Assembly: GCF_000143415.4 (NCBI RefSeq)
Contig: NW_003314415.1
Span: 1 to 64,000, forward strand
Direction of reading: 5' to 3'
Origin: Selaginella moellendorffii
Taxonomy: Eukaryota; Plantae; Lycopodiophyta
DNA length: 64,000 nucleotides
The translations under genes were made by a program, and so were the position numbers. Below are positions 48,349 to 62,452 of the stretch, piece by piece. The notes beneath the pieces are model-generated. The model saw only the letters and a program-made list of their open reading frames with translations, was not told the origin of the DNA and did not search any database. The first letter of the stretch is position 1; the number at the start of each line of letters is the position of its first letter.

Positions 48349-48654
48349 CTCATCCACTGAGAGAGACTTCACAGTTTTCCAGAGCTGAAGGTCTGTTTTT
48401 CTCCTCTTTCTTTCTTCGTCTTTGCTCGTTAAAGAGCAGCCTAGATTGCAAAGCAAAGTTTCTCGTGGAAAGAGCAAAAAGGAAGAGCTCGTTTTTGACC
48501 CATGATTAGATGCGAGATACTATTTTGCCAATGATCATATGTACTTATGTAGATCCTCCCATTTGTTAAGTTTTTTATGAATGATGGTATACAAACATTT
48601 TGCCTCATAGCCAATGAATAAAACAAATGTTTTATCAAAAATAATTTACATGAT

Positions 48655-51600
48655 TTACATGTCCATTCTATCTAGAGCCAAATTGAGATCAAGAGCAGCC
48701 TTGCCAAGCTCACCGCTTTTCCTGGACAGCAAAACAAAGCAAAAGGCTGCTGGATCTTGCAAGTTTCATCCTTTGGAGTACCTTAGAAATGGTTTCAATC
48801 CTTGTTTTAGAAGCTGCAACTCCTTGAAACAGGCATCACACCTTCCAAACCTGGAATAACAAAAAGGAAACTAATGAAAAACAAACAAACCACACCAACC
48901 TCTTCTCGGCTTGCAAATCCACACCCAAAGTTGGAGAGGTCGAGACTGCGTCGCTAATGACATGTCCAAAATTCGTAACCAGCATCGACGTGAACGCTAT
49001 CGAGATCATTACATGCCTGCAGATAAATCCACAAAAGATTAGAAGATAATGGACACGATAATGGATTGCAAACCTTTGTGTTGCACTAGCAAGAAGGCCG
49101 GTAAGCAACGGCAGAAGCATGGCCGCGATTTCTAAAGTAAAAACATCACTCCTCTCAATCAAAACACTTAAACCATCTACAAGAACCTGCAAAGCAAGCA
49201 TGAGTTGACAGAGACCAGCCATCAAACTTACTGATTTATCTCCCATTTTAGCCATTGTTTCCACTGCTGACTTCAAATCCTTCTTCATCCAAAATCTCCT
49301 AACAACCTGCATCGTGCACATCTGCATCAGCAGCGAATGGAAACTATCTTAAGACATACTTGTAGCTTGGCAAGACGAGATTGCATTGTATTGCTCATAG
49401 TAGTTCGCTCCTGCAATATTTCTTCTATTACGCGAGTATCTTCTTGACATGAACTTCGGCTTCTCTTCTGTAACAACAAACAGCAAATCAGAACCTACAA
49501 GAGATAAACAAAAGAAACATACGGAATCCAGCTCAACGTAAAACTTCCCTCCATTCCGTGCGTCTGGCCCCGCAGTTCTCTCGCGTTCTTTTTCCCTTCT
49601 TTCCCAATATGCACTCGAAGACCATGGCCTTCCATTACCTGCTGTCCAGGAAACGAAATAAGTATAATTATAATGCACTCAAAGTACATACCTGTAGTGG
49701 AAGCTCCAAACGATGTTAAGTTTCTCGGAGAGTCGGCTTCTGCAAAAAGAAACACCCGGTTATCGCGTGATACGTTGTCACAAGACAGCAAACCTGCCAA
49801 AGCCTGACCAAGTAAGAAGTCTTCTTCTAGTTTCCTCAGCCGCCTTCTCGTGGTGAACATACCACCATCGTCATCACCTCTTCCAGTTTTGTCCCCGTGC
49901 GATTCCGGGTGGTTCTTTTGTTCGAGTTTGTCAGCAAGTGGAGTTTTTGGAGACACCAAAGTTGTACATTCCGCTTCCCTGTCATTATTTCGTTTCAATA
50001 GCTCGCCCGAACTCTTTCTGAGAGAAGAAAGCTTTATCGACGTCCTTTCTGTCCCTAAACTGGTATTTGGCCTTGAAGGTTGAAGTTCAGGCGCGCTTCC
50101 ACGCCTTTGAGGGGTCGCTATAGTAGGCTGGTCTCTGCCTGGAGAAGGCGTTTTCACTTTCTGAAATGAGACGTGCTCTCCATTCGCTGCACTAAGTACG
50201 TAAGACCCTCCTGTAGAAAGGATTGCGGAAAGGCTTACTGTTTGTAGGAGACCTCAAGTTTCTTGGTGTGGAAATACTCCTGAAAGGAGCTACTCGCTGC
50301 AAACATATATTATATACACAATAATAGATGCAAAAGACGCTTACAGGTAAGTCCACGACCCATACTCCCACACAACTTTGGTTGAAAGAGCATCCAAGTA
50401 ATTTCCCTTCATGCACATTCAAATCAGCCAATCGTGACCAGTTGGCATCAATAACATCATGGCATCGTAATGGTTCCCATGAATAAACCTGCCAAGTACT
50501 ATACAGTTTCGTTAAAATAACCAAACTTCTCAAAGGTACCTTCAAGCCTTCCCGCAATGCACACAGCAGCGTCCGGCCGTCAGGAGTGAAGATCATCGAT
50601 CGAACTCCAGAATCCTGACACAGTTAAAGACAATCAGAACAAAGTGACCGCAGTTACAAATAACTTACTTCAGGTCCGGAAGAACCAACGAGCTCGAAAG
50701 TTTCCAAGTCATAGAACTTTGCGGTTTTGTCATCAGAACCTGAAAATGCAGGTTGGAAGAGGAGTATAAATATCACGTAAAGCCAAACCTGTCGCAAGAA
50801 GGAATTCATGAGGATGGAAGTCTAGACTGAGAATCTGATCGTCATGGTACTTAAAATCATGGATGAGCTTCCCAGCAGTCAAGTCCCACAACTGTACCTT
50901 AGTAGCACGGATAAGACGCACAGAAAAATTAACGTTAAAAACATTACCTTCACAGTTTTATCCTCTCCACCTGAAACTACCCAGCGACCATCTGGACTGA
51001 ACTTGAGGCAATTCACTCCACGGCAATGACCCCTATATGTATGGATGCACCCCTTTCGTCTGATATCCCAAATCTTCAAGTTCGAATCAAGCGAGCCGGA
51101 TGCAAAAAACTCTCCAAACGGATGGAAATCGACTGCCGTGCAGTTGGAACGATGCCCGGTAAGAGTGCGGACAACTGGATTCAAAGAAACTCTGAGTAAG
51201 TTTCAGGAGAGAACGAAAAAGGAGGAAATTGAGTAAAACCTTACTCTTGGCTTCTTCGAGGTCCCACAGCTTGATAGCACCACTGGCTGCGCCAGCGACG
51301 ACGTGAGATTCAGCCGCATCGAAAGTCACGGACTCCACAGGGCTCGAGTGCCCGGCTAAACTCTGTGACACAAACAGGAAATACTTCTCAGTCCATAAGA
51401 TCGTCGCTTCCTACTAGAATGCAATGCGCCAACTTTGTTTTTCCTTATATCCCTCTTGATCACAATTCCGACTGGCCGCTGGGAGAGAACTTACACAAGC
51501 TATCTGCAAGGTTCCAAACCACACTTGAAAAAACTGTGGAGAAATAGATACTCTCCCAGCCATGCCTAGAATGCCCCTAAGCATGCTTTCCTAGCTTTAT

Positions 51601-51834
51601 CAAAAGCTGTGCTCACCAGAATCGCGTTGGGCTTGCCGATCGCCCACATATTGACCTTGTGATCGTCTCCACCGGTGACGAGCACCCGCGATGTTTTCCT
51701 CCCGATCTTGAGGCAATTCACCTGGGAAGAATGCGCAACAAACTCCTCTGGATTGCCACCAACAAGATCAACCAAAAGCTCTGAAAAAAAAATCAAATGC
51801 GAAGAAACTCACGTAATTTGTAAGCGCGCTTCAT
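48655..51834 (-). CDS. KTN80: Katanin p80 WD40 subunit B1
   Basis: [27 protein letters not shown]40 repeats and con80 C-terminus (VVRRFW...[13 protein letters not shown]). Confidence 0.93.
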
Positions 51835-52170
51835 TGTGGAGCGCTGTGCACGTCGAATGCATTCCCCTGTGCGGGCAAAGTAGCGCCCAATTCCTCGAAA
51901 TCTTAAGCCGCCGCCTTGCTCTACCTCGCTCCTTCCTCATCCGCTGGCATTCCTCTGCTCATCGAGAAGAAGAGATCAACGAGAAAGACGAGGAGAGAGA
52001 TCCTTCAACCCTATAAATCTATCCCTGCCGCGCTCGCCCACATTTCTAGGCTAGATCCAAGCTGCAACCCGGAAATACGCGCGGGATCGGATTATCGCCG
52101 ACGATCGCCGACGATTGCCCTACCTCTTCTCTTTCCCTCCTCCAATGTCTCTTCAGTTCATTTGAAACTT

Positions 52171-52308
52171 GCCACAACAAAGATCCGTCTCGTGCTCGAA
52201 TCCCATTCACTTGCACAACAAAGACCAGTCTGGTGCTCGATTCCCATTCTAGACATGATTTGCCACAACAAACACCGGTCCAGTGCTCGACTCCCATTCG
52301 AGACATGA
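52171..52308. repeat. Three imperfect ~42-48 bp tandem repeats in the divergent katanin/NAK intergenic region
   Basis: Unit cacaacaaa.a...gtc..gtgctcga.tcccattc repeated three times. Confidence 0.8.
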
Positions 52309-52551
52309 CCAAGAATGGTGTGGTGTTCGAATCATAGACATTGACATGCTACTAGCAGATGGATGGAATAGGGTTTTAGTTTAGCACTAGCGCACGCCTG
52401 GCGGCTCCGCCGATCCACTGTTCCTCGATCGCAGCAGCGCGCTGGATCTGATCGATCCCCTCGGAGGTAAGCGGCAGGGAGTTTTGGGAATGCGCGTTGC
52501 TCGATCGACGATATCAGGCCGCTAGATCGCGCTGTGGCTGATATTTCCACG

Positions 52552-55142
52552 ATGTGGCGCCTCAAGCAGCTGATGCCCAAGGATCAGGCCGGGCTGGAGG
52601 GCAAGAGCGTGGAGGTTGGCGCATTGAAGCTCCAGGTGAGGAGCGTGGTCGCGGAAGGGGGATTCTCGTCAGTGTATCTCGCCAGGGACGCGCAATCCGG
52701 GAAGAACTACGCCCTCAAGCATTTGATTTGCAACGATGACGAGTCCCTTCACTTGGTTCGCAAGGAGGTCGCGGTGATGAAGGCTTTGCGTGGGCATCCC
52801 AACATTGTCACGCTCCATGCCCATGCAGTGCTTGCCAATGGACGCACCAAGGAGTGCTTTCTCGTGATGGATTACTGCGAGAAAACGCTGGTGGCTGTTT
52901 TGGACGCTAGAGGTGCCGGATTCTTCGAGGAGAGGCAGCTCCTCTCGATTTTTCGCGACATTTGCAATGCGGTTTATGCCATGCATTGCCAGTCTCCTCC
53001 CATCGCTCACAGGTTTGGACGCAAAGTTTAGGCCGCAAGTTCTTACTGATCTTTTCTTTTTACGTTTTGTTTTTTTGTTTTTTTTTTTTTTTCATGCAGA
53101 GACTTAAAGGCAGAGAACATATTGCTGGGTGCAAATGGCTTGTGGAAGCTTTGTGATTTTGGGAGCATTTCTACGAATCACAGGAGGTTCGAGAGAGCTG
53201 AAGAGATGGGAGTGGAGGAAGACATTATCAGAAAACACACAACCCCCGCGTACCGTGCTCCCGAGGTAACGTAACGAACTGGTCCTTGTAATTTGCGTGT
53301 CTTTGACGATTTCTCTTGTTGCTTCCTCTACAGATGTGGGACCTTTATCAGAGGGAATTAATCTCCGAGAAAGTCGACATCTGGGTTGGTCACTTACTTT
53401 TCCTTTGGTTAAATGGTTTTTATTCACTTGGTACGGTGGTCTTTGCAGGCTCTTGGATGCCTTTTGTATAGACTATGCTTCTTTAAGTCTGCATTTGACG
53501 GGGAATCGAAGCTACAAATCCTGAATGGAAACTATCGAATTCCAGAAGCCCCCAGATACAGCGAAAACATTACGCAGCTCATCAAGGACATGCTGATGCC
53601 AAGTCCGGACTCACGACCAGACATATTGCAGGCAAGGGTGGCTCCCACATCTGCATTGTTTCATAGGTTAGTTCGAGAGTCAGCAAACTGCCTGTCGTGC
53701 ACTTACGTAGCCTGTTTTGTTTTCCGGTAGTATTAAGTGTGATTTGTGTGGCAGGTCTGGAACCGCGTGAACGAGGCTCTTCCGATAGAGAGCCGGAAAA
53801 CTTTCCCAGATAAAGTTTCGTCAACTGTAAATAGTTCAATCATTCAGGATTCTCTTGAAACAAGTAAGTCGGCCTTCGTCAGATGTGATTCTATGCCTGC
53901 ATGACTGACTCTTTGTATCGGCAGAACCGCCTGTAAAGACTCCGTCACCACCTCCGGCTGCTAAGACGGCCGGCAGCTTCTGGTCGTCACAGTTAGCAGC
54001 AGATGCAAAGCATGACAGTGATTCAGTATCGAGTAATAATCTCGAAAACAGCGTAACGCCGCCTGTGATGAGCGGAGGTCCGCCTCCTGGATGGTCTGCC
54101 GGTTTTAACGGGTCCAACTCAACACAGAAGAACAGCGTCAACTCTGTACAGACGGAAAACGCTAGTGTAGAAACCAGGCCGGGAAACCTTTTCAAGAAGG
54201 GTGGCGTGGCACATTTTGTGAAGAAGGTCGGGTCCTGGAATAAAGACGATGGTGATGGGGACGGCTACGCCATGATGTCTGAAGTGAATATGGAACAACA
54301 GCATGCTGATCCCCAACTGAGTGCACCTTCAACGAAGGTGTCCGAAGTTTCAAATGACGGGGCTTTCAATGCTTTCGTGGCGGAATTCGACAGCGCAGCG
54401 AGTGCCAAGAATGTAGAAACGGAGAAGCTGAAGCTGCAACTGAAGCAGGCACTGGCTGAGAAGACAGAGTTCGCCGGGAAGTATGAGAAGCTAACAGCAA
54501 TTTGCCGGTCACAGAGACAAGAGATACATGAGCTTAAGTCCGCTTTAGCTGCAGCGACGGCCAGCAAGGAACCGATGCCAAAGCCGCCTCTCCAGTCTGC
54601 TAGTGCTCAATCGAGACGCACTTCTCGTCCAGTAAACTGGAATTCGACCGAACAGGTAAACCAATGAACGTCGATCAATCCTTCGAACGCATTGGCTTAA
54701 CATGGGTGAAATGTATTTGCAGGACACTGAGAAAGACAAGGACAAACAGAACGGTTCTATCTGGGATTTGCAAAGCGGTTTGACAGCGCAAGCTTCTTCG
54801 AAGGGACTCTCACAACAAGCGCCCCTCGTCGACTCTTCGCCGTGGTCAGCCTTTGGTGATGCCTTCAAAGGAAGCTCCACGAACTCGTCATCTCCTACGC
54901 CACCGTCCAGTGATCCTCCGCTTTATACAGGCTCCGGACCACCGAGAAGGCAACACGCTAGAGCTGCGAGCTTGAGCGGAGGAGACACGTGGGGATTCAA
55001 CAGTAGCGGCTCCAGCTCGATGAGTTTAAATCAGCAGCAGCAGCAGCAGCAACAGGATTCAAAGGGTGGTTTTCGATCATCAACAATAGATTCTTCGCAG
55101 AGCTCTAGATCTCAGGCTCCGGCGGGCTGGGCTGGATTCTAA
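52552..55142 (+). CDS. NAK-family (AAK1-like) Ser/Thr kinase
   Basis: AEGGFSSVY, PPIAHRDLKAEN, KLCDFGS, HTTPAYRAPEM, coiled coil and C-terminal AGWAGF. Confidence 0.92.
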
Positions 55143-55289
55143 AAGCAGCGGATTATATCGGCCCCCACAGGTACTTTGTACTACTACTTTATGCTTTCAA
55201 TAAATGCACCAGTATCTACATATCTCCTCTCTGTCGTGGGTTTTTAGAGGGCTTATCCGCGAAACACGGGCATGTAAGTGTCTTTGAAA

Positions 55290-57385
55290 ATGGTGGGTCT
55301 TCGCCAATGGTGTTCTTCCAGGTCGGAGATAGAGTTCCAAGAAGAAGATCATAGCATTCGACTCAAGCGCGAGGTCGTGATCGAAACGCCCAAGAAGGAG
55401 CTCATTGCTAAGTTGAGCTCCTGCATTGCTGATCCAGGTAAATGCTGGTTCCAAGCTGAGGCTAACTTCTTTTTTTCTCGCAGATGAACGGCATGAGTTC
55501 CAGCTCTTTTGTCAGAGGATGGAGCAAATGTTTGGCTTGGAATTTCGTACCAGGAAGGAACAGTTAACTGTATGTTTCGTTCTCTTGTGTCTCCAAGCTA
55601 ACGAGCTGATTTTTCTCAGGAGCTGTATGATCTGTTCAATCCACTTGGGAACAGCTCGAGCAAGATAGAAGAAATGTCGGATCTTCAAGTGAAAGAACAC
55701 GAGGCACGATTTTTGGAGCACTTTGCGAGTGTGAGTGGTTTCTCTTTTATCCTCGCGTATCGTTTGACTCGATGCATAGATCATGAGCAAGAGCAACTTC
55801 AAGGCTTTGAGCGACTACGAATGGAATGTGGCTACCTCCAGTCAGTATCTCTTTCATCTTCCTACAAGGATCGATAAAACACAGGTTTTTTTCTTTGATC
55901 TTCTCTTTTTCCCTTTAGATTCGTGTTCATCTTCTCTTAATGCAGCTTGATGACGAGCTCTTCGTAGATACTCCATACTCAAACCCTTCAAACACGGATC
56001 TGGGTCGATTTTACGTTGTGTTTCGCCGTGGTATTGGAACGGATCAAAAGAGAGCTTACTTCTTCAAAGCGAAGCTGGATTATATTGTTCAGTTTTGTTG
56101 GGATGCGACATTCAAGAAACTGTGGAACCGCCTCAGGTATGGTGTCTCCATCAGTTCCTACTTACAAAAATGCCTCTTTTTTTTCTGAAAAGATCATGCG
56201 TCGGGAAATCCAAAGCGCACGGACGAGCAATGTTAAGGTTCTGTTTATCTTTCTTATATCTATCTGGTTGACCTTTACTTGTTCCACTTCCTGGCACTAG
56301 AACCGCACACACTTCTTCAGACAAATACGTCTCTGTAAAGCGGATCCACATCTCAAACTCGTTCGAGCTGAAAGACTTTTTCAAAAGGTTTACCCTGCAA
56401 GATCCGACTTTTGATCACACGATCATAGTTTACAGGCAAGTTTTCTCATGAACGTAAATTATCATATCGCTTTGGCCTGCAGGAAAGTCACGGAGTTGTG
56501 TGATGCTAAGAGAAAGAAAGACTTTGGAATCTACATAAAACACTACAAGGAAATTCCTATGGCGGACATGGAACTAGTCCTCGTAAGCTCGATGCTTTTC
56601 AAGCCTGTTATGAAATCTTTTTCCTGCAGCCCGCTAAGAAGCATCCAAGGCTACCTTTGCAGGACTGGATAAAACTTATTGTTTTCGCTTTGATCTGTGT
56701 GGTAAGAGAAGCAACGGAATCCTATATCTCAAATCTATGAATTTCAGGCAGCAATTGTTTCGGCATTGAGACGACGTTCTCAAGCGGCCATCGTGATTGG
56801 TATTGTTGTTGCGTTTGTCAGCTACGCCATGAAGATCTACGTAACGTAAGTAGTTCTGTTAGCTGGTTTCACTTGCGTGCTTATGGCTCGCCCCACGCAG
56901 GTTTAATATGAATGTTCTCGAGTACGAACGAGACATCAACAATCTCATGGCTGGGAAACTACTCGACTGTGGGCATGGAACACTTCTCCATGTCCTCGAC
57001 GAAGCTATCCAGCAGGAGGTACTACGACTTTTCGCCTCAAAAAATCTTTCTCTGATCGCGTGTTTACTTGCAGGTGAAAGAGGCAATCATAGCGTACTTT
57101 GTACTGATGAGAAACCCTGGCGGAACCATCAGTGAAGAGGTTTCCTTTGGTCCATTCAACCAAGTATTCAATCGATTGATTTTCCAGGAACTGCGGCACC
57201 GATGCAATGACTTGATTGAGAGCTACTTCGAGAATGGGACAAGTGAATTTGAGGTCAAGGACGCTGTGGATAAACTCCGAAGGCTTGGAATTATAATGGA
57301 GAGGGATGAGCGGATCAAGTACGTCTTGGTGAGAGAGGCAAACGAGAAACTCCTCGCTAGAATGATGGAGTCATTGTGTGAATGA
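55290..57385 (+). CDS. DUF3754 (TMEM143-like) membrane protein, multi-exon
   Basis: LYDLFNPLG, MSKSNFKALS, YLFHLP, VVFRRGIG, TLQDPTFD, IYIKHYKEIPMADMELV and GTLLHVLDEAIQQEVKEAIIAYFVL. Confidence 0.8.
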
Positions 57386-57549
57386 AGGCAACAATTTAAA
57401 GCTTTGCCATTGTCCTCTTCTAGATTACAAGGTGTGCATCACATAGAGAAACTCAAGCGATGCGAGCACAAAGTGGGGCTCCATCGATGGAAACTTGTAG
57501 CTGGGATCCAGCGCAATGTTGTAGCACAGCTCCAAATTATACAGCGAGA

Positions 57550-58255
57550 CATAGGATTTAATGACGTTTTATTATGGTATCACGTTAACGAAGATGGGAT
57601 GTTGTGTCGATCCAAAAGTCATGCGTCGGGAAAATCCAAGTTCCTTGTCCGCCCATGGGAATTACCTTATGGTTTTTCTTCAAACTCCAAAGCGACATGA
57701 TAATTTATGGCTGAGAGGACTTGCCTGTAGACCTTTTGAAAAAAGTGTTTCAGCTCGAACGAGTTTGAGAAGGAGTCCACTTCACAGAGACGTATTTGTC
57801 TGAAGAACTAGAGCTAGCAAGTGGAACAACTAAAAGTCAACCAGATATATATAACAAAGATGAACAGAGCCTTAAAATTGGTCGTCCCTGACTGGATAGA
57901 ACTTACCATTTTCTCTTTGATCTGTGTGGTAGGACAATCCTATATCTCAAATCTATGAATTTGATGCAGCAATTATTTCGGCATTGAGACAAGCGGCCAT
58001 CGTGACTGGTATTTTTGTTTGTCAGCTATGCCATGAAGGCGTAAGTAGTTTTCGTAAGTGGTAAACGTGAGTAGTTTTCTTAGCTGCATCCTCTCACGCA
58101 GGTTTATTCTCGAGATCAACAATCTCATGACTGTGGACATGGAACACTTCTTCATGTCCTCGACGAAGCTATCCAGCAAGAGGTACTCCTTTTCGCTTCA
58201 AATTTTCTTTTTCTGATGGAGAGGCGATCATAGCATACTTTGTGCTGATGAGAAA
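57550..58255 (+). pseudogene. Decayed tandem copy of the DUF3754-like gene
   Basis: Blocks matching 56090-57115 (gactggata.aactta, atcctatatctcaaatctatgaattt, catgtcctcgacgaagctatccagca) with deletions. Confidence 0.85.
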
Positions 58256-58367
58256 CGGAGCCATGCAATGAAGTTGGAAGAGCAGCCTTAGTTAGGATAA
58301 GGGTGTGGCTATGGCTGGGGGTGCGAAACACTACTCTGGAATGTTCGTATAGGTAACACTGCTCCAT

Positions 58368-59425
58368 GGGTTTTCAATCGAACATCAGAGCTGAATCGTC
58401 TAAGGGACCTCCTAAGATCGTTCTTCTGACGGGTCCAATGGACTCGGGCAAAACGGCGCTTCTTCGCGAGTTCTCCTCTAGGCAGCGTGCTGGCGACTAC
58501 CAAGGTTGACATGAGTTTGATTAATCCCTCAGATTTTCCCATTAGCTTAGTTCTCTTAAGCTCAATGATGCCCGGCTATTTGATAAAGTCTCCTCGCAAC
58601 TGCTTCTTGATGCAAAGATCACGCTGAAGACGCCTGGGTGTTTGCATGAGTTTTTCTTGAAGCAGAAGGATCCCATGGACAGTTGCTTTCACGCGCTACA
58701 TTTCCAAGTACAAACACTCTAAAGGATTTCCCACAAACATCATCGATCAAGCTGATTTCTTGACTCACTGGACCCCAACCGCAGAGGAGCTAGATGCCGT
58801 ACTGAAGTTCCTGGTGCGGATCTCTCAGCAAGAGTGGGCTAACGTGGTTTTTGCTTCATCGGATTAAGGAATGGTTGTGTGACAGTGAGTGGTCATGACA
58901 TCGTCCATGCAACTATTGGGCACTTGAACGAAGCGGAGCCCAAGGAGTTCGTGAGGCTGTGTCTGAATAAATCGGAGTTGAAGCGGGAGTGGCTTGAAGC
59001 GGAGGTGTTTGCAATTTGGGATGACGTTTATGCACACTACGGGGGAGCCATTATTCAGCTGTGCGGTCTTATCGAAAAGGCGCTACGCTCACAGCCTGGT
59101 AAAGTCTGCGAAATATGGGATGAGGAGAAGCTGATGCACATGAATGACGTTGTTGAATCAGGTTTCATACGGCGCATGCAGACCCGCAACAAACTTGTCC
59201 TGAAAGCACCTGAATGAACACGCGGGGACTGGAAGAATGTGGTGGAAGCCATGGCAGCTGCTGAGGATGGAGACGTCCCCGTGGAGAAACTGTGTGAGAC
59301 TGTGTCTGGAGCTGCACAATGATTCGTTGCTATCTCCTCCAACACAGGGAGCCAACGACAGGGACATCAAAGTTGTATCGACTCCGATTGTCATGCCAGT
59401 CACGAGAGCTGAGCATCTGGCAATG
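58368..59425 (+). pseudogene. Decayed P-loop ATPase, more divergent copy
   Basis: FNRTSELNRLRDLL, LLTGPMDSGKTALL, GFPTNIIDQA, KFLVRISQQEWANVVFASSD, IGHLNEAE and AIWDDVYAHYGGAI, with frameshifts and stops. Confidence 0.78.
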
Positions 59426-59497
59426 AGAGAAGATGAGTTGTAGCGCGACTCAATCATCTCCAGAATTTCTTCTCCGATTACCAGCGGAGGAACAGCA

Positions 59498-62452
59498 GAG
59501 CTTCACGATGTCAGAGACGACGTGGTGCCCCGAGGCGAAGCGTTCCACAAGCAGCACTCGAACCGCTGAATCGTTGACGTTGTTGCTGTCAATCTATATC
59601 ATAAATTCAATTCTTTTCAACCGTATTATGCAACTGTCTGGGTCAATACCTGAATTTGAATGGGTCAAAACTTCATTTTCTCAAAATCTGAATTTTCCAT
59701 TCATCTATAAATTGAATCCTTCGTTTACGCGATGGTCAGTGCGATGGTTCTCCTCAGTGCCAGATCTGTTTGCTGGGAAGTTCTTTAATCGAACATCAGA
59801 GCTGTCTAAGGGATCTCCTTACTCCCGTGACCATCGGGGATCAAGGTCAGATCTTTTTTCTGACGGGGCCAAGGAATCTTTTTTCTCGGGCAAATCGGCG
59901 CTTCTTCGCGAGGTCTACTCTAGGCAGTGTGCCGGCGACGACCAGGGTGTTCCAGCCTACGTCGACATGCGGGTGAGGAGCAACAGGAATCCCGCACAGT
60001 TTGAGATAAACTTGGCCGACAGTCTTGCAAAGTCTCTTCAGCTCAAAGTAAAAGCAGATGCGAAGCTGCTTGCATGGGATCTCGAAAGATCTTGCTGAAG
60101 ACGCCCTGGAGTTCGCTCAACTTTTGCTGGAAGGAGCAGGATTCCATCGACATGGTGATGGCTGCTTTCGAGGGCTACATGTCCGCTCTGCTAAAGCACC
60201 AGTCGGCTTTCTTCAATGGATTTCCCACGATCTTCATCGAAGAAGCTGGCTAGCTGGACCAGAACCGCAGAGGGAAGTTCCTGGTGCGGATCTCTAAGCA
60301 GGCGAATGTGGCGAACGTGGTTTTTGCTTCATCAGAGAACTTCTTTAAGGAATGGTTGGATAACATCCGTGGTCCTATAAAAGTGTTGGCCACTTGAACG
60401 AAGAGGAGGCCAAACAGTTCGTAGGTCATCAGCGACTCGCCCTTGAACCGGGAGGGGCTTGAAGCGGAGGTGTTTGCGATTTGGGATGACATTTATGCAC
60501 ACTGTGGGGGAGCCATTCTGCTCCCCCACAGTGTGAGTGGCGAGTGGCGAGTGGCTCTACGCTCACAACCTGGTCAAGTCTGCAAAAACGGGGAGGTGGT
60601 GAAGCTGGCGAATGACTGAAGCTTTGTTGTTGAAGGTTTCCGTCCAAACTTTCTGATCAAGATCGATAAGGCACCCCTGGGGACTGGAAAAATGTGGTGG
60701 AAGCCATGGCAGCTGCCAAGGATGGAGTCGTCCCCTTGCATGAACTGTCTGTATCTGGAACTGCGCTTAAATCAATGATCCGGTATGATCGCAGGGAGCC
60801 GACTCCTTGGGACAGGGACATCAACATATCAGCTCCGATTGTCATGTCAGTCACAAGAGCTCGACATTTGGGATCACCCAAATAATATTCTATATGATTT
60901 TTTAGATTATACTAAGCATTTTGCATCAGCCATGGAAAGTGAACTTCCTGAAAAAATTACTAGCCACACTAAGTAGGATGTGGTACATAGCTTCTCATGC
61001 TTCTTCTTGTCCTGTGAAACTAAGCCACAGAAAAACTGCTGGACGGAATCGCTTGCGACCATCGGCGTCCCCTAGAAACATTCTCAAACTCACGGTAAAT
61101 CGCTTTTGTCTCATTAATCAAGTAAGAAAGCGGTGAGCAGCCCGACCATATAAAAATCCTTGTCGCAGAGAGCCACCTTGGCGTGCTCGCGGACATAAAA
61201 CAAGAGCCGAGTATCCAAGCTGGGACGGAAGGTCCAAGGCTGTGGAAGAGCTAGCAGACAACACTGTGGGTTTACTTGGAAGCTGCCCGCTGTTTGGACC
61301 GTGTCTATGAGCCTTTCGACTACTACGCGGCTGCTAAGTTATATCCGCATGGCCGGTTTCGGGGGATCCACTTAGTCTTAATACGGGCTAGTGGACAGTG
61401 CCTCTAAACAGTTGCATTTATGTTTTTCCAGGTCGGGTCGATCGAAATCGCTCGCTGCTGGGCGACAAGGTTGTGGGAAATGCTCAGTTCCAAACAGCGT
61501 GGGTGTCAGCCTTTGGGATCAACGCGTGTTCCTGATAATGGAGCAGAGCACTCAACACACACAGTGTCTCCCTCTCTCTCTCTCTCATCTCTCTCTCTCA
61601 CACACACCAGATTGATTTTGCTTGGTTGCGGCTTTTATCACAGCTTATTCCGAGGATGTTTACATGAGAGAGAGAGATTTTGCTTGTTTGCGGCTTTTCT
61701 CACAGCTTATTCCGAGGATGTTTACAAGTTTTGATGACAGCTCGCAAGTGAGCTGGTGAGCTGTGGTTTTCGAGTTTGATGCGCTTCAAAGATTGTGAGG
61801 CCTCAACTCAAAAGATTTCCACGTTTTGCTAATGTTTTAATGTTCCCGATGGAACCACTGAGCCTGGGCTTTGCTTTTCTTCTCTTTTGTGCGTGGGTGC
61901 CATGCTTGGCTTGCGCAGGGGACCCAGTCAAGCATATACCTATATTATAATAGTGTTGGATTGGAGAGCTTCAAAGCAACACCTTGCAAGGTGTTGCGCT
62001 CTGAGAGGCTCTCTGACAAGCTGGCCTACAAAGAAGAACAAAGCTTTGATCGAGAGAGCGTCCAATCTCTTTCACTGACATGCCATAGTTTTGGTTCCAG
62101 GAATAAGGTCCGATTCGAGATAGGATAGCACGCTCTCGGACATTCAACTAAGCTTTTTATAGAACAAATCGCTTTCTGGGGAAGTCTAAAAAGAAGGACG
62201 CAAGGTGTCGTTTGGGACAATTCTATGCGAGGAAGAAACCACCAAACGATCGCAGCAGAAGGACTAGTACCATACTTTCTTCGCGTTAAGTTGCCTGAAA
62301 ACTCCAGGATCTCTTTGATCCTCTGAGGTGTCTTCGCTTGTCCAAGAATCTCCAGGACTCGAATAAAAAAATCTCTGGGCCATGGTAGCAGTGCGGTAAA
62401 TACATTGAGATCGATCACGATTTTCTTGCTGCTGGCCAAGGAGGAGCAATCA
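59498..62452. repeat. Right arm of long inverted repeat (partner 3458-6091)
   Basis: Reverse complement of the left arm; has 2 rather than 3 minisatellite units and an extra ~160 bp at about 61860-62018. Confidence 0.93.
59740..60880 (+). pseudogene. Decayed P-loop ATPase, copy inside the right arm
   Basis: RWFSSVPDLFAGKFFNRTSEL, FFLTGPR..SGKSALLRE, AYVDMR and GFPTIFIEEA, with frameshifts. Confidence 0.75.
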
